DNA of 24,100 nt from Candidatus Methylomirabilia bacterium (GTDB lineage: Bacteria; Methylomirabilota; Methylomirabilia; Rokubacteriales; CSP1-6): NCBI GenBank assembly GCA_041496385.1, contig JBGQEL010000061.1:1-24100 (forward strand). Reading direction: 5' to 3'. The position numbers and the translations under genes are program-made. Each line of letters begins with the position of its first letter. Position 1 is the stretch's first letter. The notes under the pieces were generated by a model that was not told the DNA's origin, searched no databases, and saw only the letters and a program-made list of their open reading frames with translations. Shown one piece after another: positions 17,583 through 24,100 of the stretch.

Positions 17583-18605
17583 ATGCTACCGCTGATCCCG
17601 ACCGCCGTCGTGGGCTCCCACGGAAAGCCGGGCTGGTGGTTCGCCGCGGTGAAGGCCAGCGAGCACGGCGAGTTCGGTCCCGCCGACCTCGAGGAGATGT
17701 TCGACGACGCGGTGCACGCCGCGATCCGCGACATGGAGCACGCCGGCATCGACATCATCACGGACGGCGAGGTCCGCCGGCTCGACGGATACGTGGACTC
17801 CTATTACGCGATCATCAAGGGCATCGCGCCCACCCCGGTGCGCCGGAAGGCGGGTCCCTGGGGCTACGATCAGCAGACGCGGTACGAGGCGGTCGGGCGC
17901 ATCGAGACGCCGCCCGGGGGGCTCGGCATCGTCAAGGAGTTCGAGTACCTCAAGGCGCACACGACGCGCAGCGTGAAGGCGACGTGCGCGGGCCCCCTCA
18001 CCTTCGGGTCGCGCATCCATCCCGGGAAGATGTACAAGGGTGTCGTGGAGGTCGCCGAGCGCTTCGCCGAGGTCATCAACGAAGAGTTGCGCGGGCTCGT
18101 CGCGGCGGGCGCCGACTTCATCCAGCTCGACGAGCCGGCGCGCGGCAACGTCTCCGGCGAGGAGATGGCGCGCCTATTCAACCTGGCGACCGACGGCGTC
18201 ACGGCGAAGGTCGGCTTCCACATCTGCTTCGGCAACCGCTTCGGGCGCTCGCGCTTCCAGCGCACCTACGAGCCCTACTTCCCCGGCGTCCTCAAGGCGC
18301 GCGCCGACCAGTTCGTGCTGGAGTTCGCGAGCCGTGAGATGGCGGAGCTCGACCTCTGGAAGCGGTACGGTGAGGGGCGCGAGCTGGGCGCCGGCGTCGT
18401 GGACGTCAAGGGCTTCGCGAACGACACCGCCGAGGACGTGGCGCGCCGGATCCGCCGGGTGCTCCAGGTCTGCCCGGCGGAAAAGCTCACGGTGAACCCG
18501 GACTGTGGATTCGGCTGGTCGCCGCGCTACATGTGCAACCAGAAGCTCTGGGGGCTCGCCGCGGGCGCCGCGCTCGCGCGCCGCGAGCTGACCGGCACGC
18601 GCTGA
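17583..18605 (+). CDS. Cobalamin-independent methionine synthase II family protein (MetE C-terminal domain only)
   Basis: TAVVGS, GIDIITDGEVRR, GPLT and IQLDEP motifs, with Zn ligands HICFGN, LEF and NPDCG. Confidence 0.9.
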   Translation: MLPLIPTAVVGSHGKPGWWFAAVKASEHGEFGPADLEEMFDDAVHAAIRDMEHAGIDIITDGEVRRLDGYVDSYYAIIKGIAPTPVRRKAGPWGYDQQTRYEAVGRIETPPGGLGIVKEFEYLKAHTTRSVKATCAGPLTFGSRIHPGKMYKGVVEVAERFAEVINEELRGLVAAGADFIQLDEPARGNVSGEEMARLFNLATDGVTAKVGFHICFGNRFGRSRFQRTYEPYFPGVLKARADQFVLEFASREMAELDLWKRYGEGRELGAGVVDVKGFANDTAEDVARRIRRVLQVCPAEKLTVNPDCGFGWSPRYMCNQKLWGLAAGAALARRELTGTR

Positions 18606-18664
18606 CCGGGAACCGGGTGGCGGCGTGGTCCGTTGATGGAGTAATTGCCCCCAAGGAGGCTCTC

Positions 18665-19216
18665 ATGCGATTCACGCGCTCCGTGGTGCACGCCCTGCTC
18701 GTCGGCCTGCTCGCCGTGGCGGCGCTGGCGAGCGTCGCCAGCGCGCTCGAGGTGGGCCAGAAGGCCCCCGAGTTCACGCTAGCGGGGACCGACGGCAAGC
18801 CGGTCAAGCTCTCCGAGCTGACGGCCAAGGGCCCCATCGTCCTCTACACGTTCATCCAGGCCTTCACCGGCACCTGAACGAAGGAAATGCTCGGCCTCGA
18901 CGCGCTCCACGCGCAGTTCGAGGCCGCCGGCGCCCAGGTCGTGGGCGTGAGTGCCGACGTTCCGCTGACGCTCGATGCGTGGAAGAAAGCCAACCCGATC
19001 AAGCACACCCTGCTCTCCGATTTCCGCCGTCAGATGCTGCCCGCCTACGGCGCGCTCGTGACCGACGAGAAGAGCCCGATCTTCCGCTACGCCAAGCGGG
19101 CCTACTTCATCATCGACAAGAACGGCGTGGTGAAGTTCATGAAGATCCAGGACAATCCGCTCGATCTCCTGAACCCCGAGGAGATCCTCGCGGCGCTCAA
19201 GGCGTCGGGCGCATGA
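18665..19216 (+). CDS. Putative selenocysteine peroxiredoxin (AhpC/TSA, BCP/AhpE-like) with signal peptide; Sec71
   Basis: AAGGAGG ribosome-binding site. Reading through TGA 18875-18877 joins two in-frame ORF fragments into 183 aa: VGQKAPEFTL...FIQAFTGT-U-TKEM...VVGVSAD...LLSD...AKRAYFIIDKNGVV. The TGA occupies the peroxidatic Cys of TxxC. Confidence 0.85.
18892..18926 (+). promoter_or_regulatory. Candidate SECIS-like stem-loop after the first UGA
   Basis: CGGCCTCGA (18892-18900) pairs with TCGAGGCCG (18918-18926). Inner GCGC/GCGC stem with loop TCCAC. The stem starts 14 nt after the UGA. Confidence 0.5.
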
Positions 19217-19764
19217 CGCGCCGCCGCCTTGCCGCCGGCGGCCTGATCCTGGTACTCGTGGCGCTCGCGGCCGCGGGCGCGGGGGCCGCGCCGGACTTCG
19301 CGAGCCTCGGCGTGCAGCCCTACGAGCCGCCGAAGCCCGCCCCGGCGTTTGCGCTGCCGGACCTCGAGGGCAGGACCGTCCGCCTCGCCGACCTGCGGGG
19401 CAAGGTGGTGCTGCTCTTCTTCTGGGCCACGTGGTGAATCGACTGCCGGAGGGAGTTGCCCTCCGTCAATGCGCTCTACGGTGACCTCAAGAGCCGGGGA
19501 CTCGAGGTGTTGCTGGTCAGCTTCCGCGAAGACGCCGCCACCGTTCGCCGCACGGCCAGGGAGCGCGGCTACGTGGCGCCGGTCCTGCTCGACGAGAGCG
19601 GCGACGTCACGGGGCGGCTCTACGGCGTCTGGGGACCGCCGACCGCCTACCTCGTGGACCGCGAGGGGCGGCTCCTCGGCCGGATGACGGGCCCGCGCGG
19701 CTGGGACACGCCCGCCGCGCGCAAGCTCGTCCAGGAGATCCTGGCGCTCCCCGCCAAGCCTTAG
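19213..19764 (+). CDS. Putative selenocysteine TlpA/ResA-like thiol-disulfide oxidoreductase (UxxC) with signal peptide; Sec75
   Basis: ATGA overlap with the previous stop. Reading through TGA 19435-19437 gives 183 aa: [41 protein letters not shown]...YGVWGPPTAYLVDREGR. The TGA is the first Cys of WCxxC. Confidence 0.9.
19447..19465 (+). promoter_or_regulatory. Candidate bacterial SECIS element after the second UGA
   Basis: 7-bp stem CGGAGGG/CCCTCCG with loop AGTTG (G in the second loop position). The loop begins 16 nt after the UGA. Confidence 0.65.
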
Positions 19765-19766
19765 GT

Positions 19767-20123
19767 GTGTCGAAGCCCGAGCGCGAGTTCTTCCGGCCCG
19801 ACGACCTGCCGTGGCAGCCCGTCGAGGGCTCGCCCACGGGGGGCGCCGGCGGCGCCGGGATCGATGAGAAGGTCCTGAGCCGCGATCCTCGGACCGGTGA
19901 CGTCACGCGGCTCCTCCGGATGGCGCCGGGCACGGAAACCACCGACACCATCGCCCACGATTTCTGGGAGGAGGTCTGGATCCTGGAGGGGGCGGTGACC
20001 GACGTCGGGCTGGGCCGGACATTCAGCAAGGGCATGTACGCGTGCCGGCCGCCCGGCATGCGTCACGGTCCCTACCGTTCTCAGGGCGGCGTTCTGCTCT
20101 TCGAGACGCGCTACCGGCAATGA
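19767..20123 (+). CDS. Cupin-domain protein (ChrR-like cupin)
   Basis: TRLLRMAPG, HDFWEEVWILEG and GMYACRPPGMRHGPY motifs. Confidence 0.85.
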   Translation: MSKPEREFFRPDDLPWQPVEGSPTGGAGGAGIDEKVLSRDPRTGDVTRLLRMAPGTETTDTIAHDFWEEVWILEGAVTDVGLGRTFSKGMYACRPPGMRHGPYRSQGGVLLFETRYRQ

Positions 20124-20132
20124 GCCCCCCGG

Positions 20133-20162
20133 TTGCCAAGAACGGAAGCTCGGTGCTAGTCT
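20133..20162 (+). promoter_or_regulatory. Putative sigma70 promoter
   Basis: TTGCCA (20133-20138), 18-nt spacer, then TAGTCT (20157-20162) preceded by an extended TG. Confidence 0.55.
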
Positions 20163-20268
20163 GCTTGCCACGAACGTCGCGACGCAGGCCGGCAGGTCAC
20201 CGTCGACCTACCTGGCGTGACGTTTGGCAGACGGGACGAGCCCCGAGGGGCAAACGAGGACCATCGCT

Positions 20269-20634
20269 ATGGATGCGACAATGGCCGCTGAAGCGCGTGA
20301 GCGAGTCACCAAGTGGATCGAGGAGACAAGGCAGCTCTTCACGCTGCTTCCGGAGTTGCTTGCGACAGATCCCCATGTGAACGAGCGGGCGAGCGCGGCG
20401 GAAAAAGAGCTCGACAAGCTCAAGAAGGATGTCGAGGACCTGAAGAAGGAAAACCACCAGCTCCGCGTCGAGAAGGACGACATCGCGCAGGCGATGGGCC
20501 AGGTCGCCGCGAAGCTCGGCATCGCTCCGCGGAAGAGCCCCTTCGAGCGCACCCCTGGCGGCGAGCACGCGAAGCCGGCGGAAGCGGCGAAGCCGGGTGA
20601 GCCGCCCAAGGCGGCCGAGCACCCGAAGCCCTGA
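20269..20634 (+). CDS. Hypothetical coiled-coil protein with Pro/Lys/Ala-rich tail
   Basis: GAGG upstream of ATG 20269. Heptad pattern ELDKLKKDVEDLKKENHQLRVEKDDI. Alternative start TTG 20224. Confidence 0.75.
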   Translation: MDATMAAEARERVTKWIEETRQLFTLLPELLATDPHVNERASAAEKELDKLKKDVEDLKKENHQLRVEKDDIAQAMGQVAAKLGIAPRKSPFERTPGGEHAKPAEAAKPGEPPKAAEHPKP

Positions 20635-20638
20635 GCGG

Positions 20639-22318
20639 CTAGGCCCGGGCCGACCTGAACGTCGCGGCGGGCTTCGCGCCCGCCTCTTTCCGGAGCCCCA
20701 GCACCAGGTCGCACTTTTTCTCGGCGGCCGAGTCCGGGTTGAACACCGCGACCCAGAGCGTCGCGTACTCCTTGCCGAGACCCGGCACCGACGTGCCCTC
20801 GGTCGACAGCCGGAGGAGCTCCGACTTCAGGTCGGCGCGACCCGCCGGCGGCATCGTCAGCAGCCACGCCTGATCCGAGTCGTTCCGGCCCTCGATCAGC
20901 TTCACGTCGATGGCGCGCGGCTCCCGGAGGTCGCCGGCGACCGCGAAGAAGCGCGCCGTCAGCGGCGGGAGCGACACCTGGAAACGGTGGTCGGTGAAAC
21001 GCTGGCGCTCCTGCGTGAGGCGCTGCGAGTTGTGCTCGGTGTCGCCGATCCGCGCGCTCGGGTGCGTGAACACGCGCGTCTCGACGGTGGATTCGAGGAT
21101 GCGCGCGTGCGTCCAGATACCCGGATCCGGCACCGCGGCGAGGAGCACGCTCTTCACGAACTCCGGGTAGACCTCGGGCAGCCGCCCCTCGGCGACGAGG
21201 AAGTTGTAGAGGTGCGCGCCGACCGACTTCGAGGGCCCAGGCGTGAAGCTCTTCAGGCTGTTGAGCGCCTTGTTGACGAACCCCGGGCTCTGCCGCTCGA
21301 GGAACTCGAGCAGGATCGAATAGCCGTAGGCGAGCAGCCCTTCCTCGTAATCGGTGCTCTTCTGGATCGGCACGCTCAGCAGGTAGGCGTATTTCTGGAG
21401 CTCCTGCTTCACCGCGTCGTTGAACGAGAGCGTGCTCTTCCAGCTCGTCCAGCGCGCCCACGCGGACACCCACCACTGCGCCGCCTCGTCGTGCACGGCC
21501 TGCTCGACCGCCTGCACCGCGCCGGCGTCCACTTCGACCGGCGCCGCCGGAGCCGCCACCACGTCGCGAGCCACGGCCGGCGTCGGGACGGCGGGCGCGG
21601 GGGCCGAGCGGACGCTCTCCTCGAGCGTGCGGGGCGGTGGCGGCGCGGACCGGCCGAGGGGCGCGGGGGCCGGGGCGACACCCGCGACGACGAGCTTGCC
21701 GCGCGTGGCCGCGACGGCCAGCTGTCGCCCGAACGACTGGTTCACGGTGTCCTCGAGCGTCGCGAAGCGGTCGTCGTCGAGCTGCTCGCGGCCCTCGATC
21801 AGCGTGAGCAGGGCGGAGAACGCCGTCGTGCCTTCGACGATGGACGCGGGGTCGGCGTCGCCCGCCCGCGGCTCGTTCAGCGCCTGCCGCATCTCCTTCG
21901 CCTTCGCCTGGCACTGCGCGAGCGAGGCGAAGGTCGGATCGTCGGCGTGGGTGACCGCGAGGATCCGGTCGAGCACCGCGAGGGCGCGCCGCTTGGCCTC
22001 CGAGGAGGCCTGCCGCTTCTCCTCGGTGGAGACGGCCGCCGCGACCGCCTGCACGACGGGCTCGAGCGCCTTGAGGCTGTCGACCTCGGCCAGGGCCGGC
22101 GCGGCGACCGACAGGGCGCGCGCCACGTCGAGGACCCCCGCGCGAAACTCGACGAATTCGCGTCGGGAGGCGACGATCTGCTCGGGCAGCGACTCGGCCG
22201 GCAGCGTCCCGGAGATCTGAAGCTCGCGGCCCGCCTGGCCGAGCGCGGCCGCCAGGCTCGCGAATCGGTCGGTCAGCGCGGCGAGTTGCTGTGCAAGCGC
22301 ATTGGCATTCGGCGTCAT
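20639..22318 (-). CDS. Hypothetical protein (559 aa): helical N-domain, Pro/Ala linker, globular C-domain
   Basis: Long ORF with protein-like composition and GC3-rich codons, preceded by a near-consensus promoter. No family recognised. Confidence 0.82.
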   Translation of the reverse strand: MTPNANALAQQLAALTDRFASLAAALGQAGRELQISGTLPAESLPEQIVASRREFVEFRAGVLDVARALSVAAPALAEVDSLKALEPVVQAVAAAVSTEEKRQASSEAKRRALAVLDRILAVTHADDPTFASLAQCQAKAKEMRQALNEPRAGDADPASIVEGTTAFSALLTLIEGREQLDDDRFATLEDTVNQSFGRQLAVAATRGKLVVAGVAPAPAPLGRSAPPPPRTLEESVRSAPAPAVPTPAVARDVVAAPAAPVEVDAGAVQAVEQAVHDEAAQWWVSAWARWTSWKSTLSFNDAVKQELQKYAYLLSVPIQKSTDYEEGLLAYGYSILLEFLERQSPGFVNKALNSLKSFTPGPSKSVGAHLYNFLVAEGRLPEVYPEFVKSVLLAAVPDPGIWTHARILESTVETRVFTHPSARIGDTEHNSQRLTQERQRFTDHRFQVSLPPLTARFFAVAGDLREPRAIDVKLIEGRNDSDQAWLLTMPPAGRADLKSELLRLSTEGTSVPGLGKEYATLWVAVFNPDSAAEKKCDLVLGLRKEAGAKPAATFRSARA

Positions 22319-22330
22319 GGAGTGCTGCCG

Positions 22331-22359
22331 ATTCTAGGCGTGCTGACCGAATGTGTCAA
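22331..22359 (-). promoter_or_regulatory. Near-consensus sigma70 promoter TTGACA-17nt-TAGAAT
   Basis: On the minus strand, TTGACA at 22359-22354 and TAGAAT at 22336-22331, which is 12 nt before ATG 22318. Confidence 0.8.
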
Positions 22360-22450
22360 ACGCGGGCTGGCGGGACGTGGCCGCGGAGCCGGACGCTCGA
22401 CGCAGCGCGGCGAAAGGGTCCCGGGGCCCCCGGGGGCCGGGATTCCCTTC

Positions 22451-22459
22451 TGGTAGACT
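22451..22459 (+). promoter_or_regulatory. Extended -10 (TGgTAGACT) of a probable leaderless transcript
   Basis: TAGACT (22454-22459) lies 7 nt before GTG 22467, and there is no Shine-Dalgarno. Confidence 0.55.
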
Positions 22460-22466
22460 CCTCGAC

Positions 22467-23657
22467 GTGGCGCTCCCGCTGGAAGGCATTTTCGTGGTCG
22501 ACCTCACCCAGAATATCGCGGGGCCGTTCTGCACCCAGATTCTCGGCGACATGGGAGCCGACGTCGTCAAGGTCGAGCGCCCGGGGCGCGGCGACGACGC
22601 CCGGGCCTGGGCGCCGCCCTGGTGGGGGGCGGAAAGCGCCACCTTCATGTCCATGAACCGCAACAAGAAGAGCCTCGCGCTCGATCTGAAGCGGGACGGC
22701 GGCCTCGACGTGCTGCGGCGGCTCGTGGCGCGCGCCGACGTGTTCGTGCAGAGCCTCCGCGCGGGCGCGGCCGCCGAGCTCGGGCTCGACTTCGCCGGCG
22801 CGACGGCGGTGAACCGTCGCCTCGTCTACTGCTCGATCACCGCCTACGGCGTGCGCGGGCCTCTCGCCGACCTGCCGGGCTACGATCCGCTGATGCAGGC
22901 CTACGGCGGGCTCATGTCGGTCAACGGTCACCCGGGCCAGGAACCGGCGCGCGTCGGCACGTCGATCGTCGACATGGGCACCGGCATGTGGGCCGCGCTC
23001 GGCATCGTCGCCGGGCTCCGCCGGCGCGACGCGACCGCCCGCCCGGTCGAGGTGACGACCGCGCTCTTCGAGACGGCGCTCATGTGGGTCTCCTATCACG
23101 CGATGGGGTATCTCGGCTCCGGCGAGATCCCCCAGCCCCAGGGCTCCGGGACGGCGATGATCGCGCCCTACCAGGCCTTCCCGACCGCGGACGGATACGC
23201 CATGATCGCCGCGGGGTCCGACGCGGCATTCGCGCGGCTCGCCGAGGCGCTCGGCGCGCCCGGGCTCGCGCGCGACGGGCGGTTCGCCGACAACCCCGCG
23301 CGCGTGGCGAACCGCCAGGCGCTCGTCGAGACGCTCGCTCCGCTGACGCGCGGACGGAAAACGGCCGAGCTGCTCGAGGCGCTCCGCGCGGCGGGCGTGC
23401 CCGCGGCGCCGATCCTCACGATCGACGCCGTCGTCGAGGAGCCGCAGACGCGCGCGAGCGGGATGCTCGTGCCGGCGCCGCACCCGCGCATCCCCGACTA
23501 CCGCTCGCTCGGCCTGCCGATCCTCTGGGACGGCGCGCGCCCCGAGGTGCGCCGCGCTCCGCCGCTGCTCGGCGAGCACACGGCGGACGTGCTGACGGCG
23601 CTCGGCTACACGCTCGACGACGTACGCAGCCTCAAGGCACGGGGCGTCGTCCAGTGA
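22467..23657 (+). CDS. CaiB/BaiF family III CoA-transferase
   Basis: PLEGIFVVDLTQNIAGP, LGDMGADVVKVERP, NRNKKS, GYD, D-MGTG and PLLGEHT motifs. The start at GTG 22467 fits the family N-terminus. Confidence 0.93.
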   Translation: MALPLEGIFVVDLTQNIAGPFCTQILGDMGADVVKVERPGRGDDARAWAPPWWGAESATFMSMNRNKKSLALDLKRDGGLDVLRRLVARADVFVQSLRAGAAAELGLDFAGATAVNRRLVYCSITAYGVRGPLADLPGYDPLMQAYGGLMSVNGHPGQEPARVGTSIVDMGTGMWAALGIVAGLRRRDATARPVEVTTALFETALMWVSYHAMGYLGSGEIPQPQGSGTAMIAPYQAFPTADGYAMIAAGSDAAFARLAEALGAPGLARDGRFADNPARVANRQALVETLAPLTRGRKTAELLEALRAAGVPAAPILTIDAVVEEPQTRASGMLVPAPHPRIPDYRSLGLPILWDGARPEVRRAPPLLGEHTADVLTALGYTLDDVRSLKARGVVQ

Positions 23658-24100
23658 GCGGGTACCGCCATCTCCTCGTCACGCGCACCGAGGACGGCCA
23701 CGTGGTCACGGTGACGCTCGACCGCCCCGAGCAGATGAACGCCATGAACACCGCCCTGGGCGAGGACCTCCTGGCCTGCTTCGACGGCCTGGCGCGCGAG
23801 GCGCGCGTCCGGGCGGTCGTCTTCACCGGAAGCGGCGACAAGGCGTTCTGCGCCGGCGGCGACCTCAAGGAGCGCCATGAGATGTCCGACGAGGCCTGGC
23901 GCGCGCAGCACGTCATCTTCGAGCGCGCCGCCGTCGCCATCCTCCGCTGCCCGGTACCGGTCATCGCCGCCGTCGAAGGCTTTGCGCTCGCGGGAGGCTG
24001 CGAGCTGGCGATCCTGTCCGATTTCATCGTGGCGGGCGAGACGGCCGTCTTCGGCGTGCCGGAGACGACGCTCGGAATCTTCCCGGGGATCGGCGGCACC
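23654..24100 (+). CDS. Enoyl-CoA hydratase/isomerase family protein (partial; runs off the window end)
   Basis: Not in the ORF track. GTGA overlap; translation MSGYRHLLVTRTEDGHVVTVTLDRPEQMNAMN...KAFCAGGDLKE...PVIAAVEGFALAGGCEL...FGVPETTLGIFPGIGG. Confidence 0.92.
   Translation, partial: MSGYRHLLVTRTEDGHVVTVTLDRPEQMNAMNTALGEDLLACFDGLAREARVRAVVFTGSGDKAFCAGGDLKERHEMSDEAWRAQHVIFERAAVAILRCPVPVIAAVEGFALAGGCELAILSDFIVAGETAVFGVPETTLGIFPGIGGT

Noticed and set aside
18533..19764. Four separate small ORFs or two pseudogenes (18533-18877, 18887-19216, 18979-19437, 19456-19764)
   Set aside because: The fragments are in frame and join into complete redoxin domains with TGA at the catalytic Cys, so Sec recoding is the simpler explanation.
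2436..22456. Many long antisense or alternate-frame ORFs (e.g. 2436-4424, 5462-7912, 10489-12888, 20208-21914, 20597-22456)
   Set aside because: These are Arg/Ala/Gly-rich shadow frames expected in high-GC DNA, and they overlap well-supported genes.
22353..22466. N-terminal extension of the CoA-transferase
   Set aside because: It is low-complexity and spans the divergent promoter region. Family similarity begins at GTG 22467.
1..24100. Genome-wide UGA reassignment (genetic code 4 or 25)
   Set aside because: Most genes here end in TGA at the expected family C-terminus, often in NTGA overlaps, so UGA is normally a stop.

Overview
GC-rich bacterial chromosomal region. Gene content and style suggest Candidatus Rokubacteria/Methylomirabilota, but this is inference only. 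In order it contains: a partial ECF42-type sigma factor, a DGPF/YCII gene and a broken cupin; a citrate synthase-aconitase-PrpF-hypothetical operon; an alpha/beta hydrolase with an SCP2-like partner; an acyltransferase-creatininase-enoyl-CoA hydratase operon; an MBL-REC-cNMP-GGDEF signalling fusion; a Liv-type ABC transporter; a MetE-like gene; two redoxin genes; a cupin; two unknown proteins; and a CoA-transferase plus a partial enoyl-CoA hydratase. The main finding is that the two adjacent redoxin genes (18665-19216 and 19213-19764), which the ORF track splits, each carry an in-frame TGA exactly at the catalytic Cys position, followed by a stem-loop. They look like a translationally coupled pair of exported selenoproteins: a Cys-free TxxU peroxiredoxin and a UxxC TlpA-like thioredoxin. 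No rRNA, tRNA, CRISPR array or mobile element was recognised.
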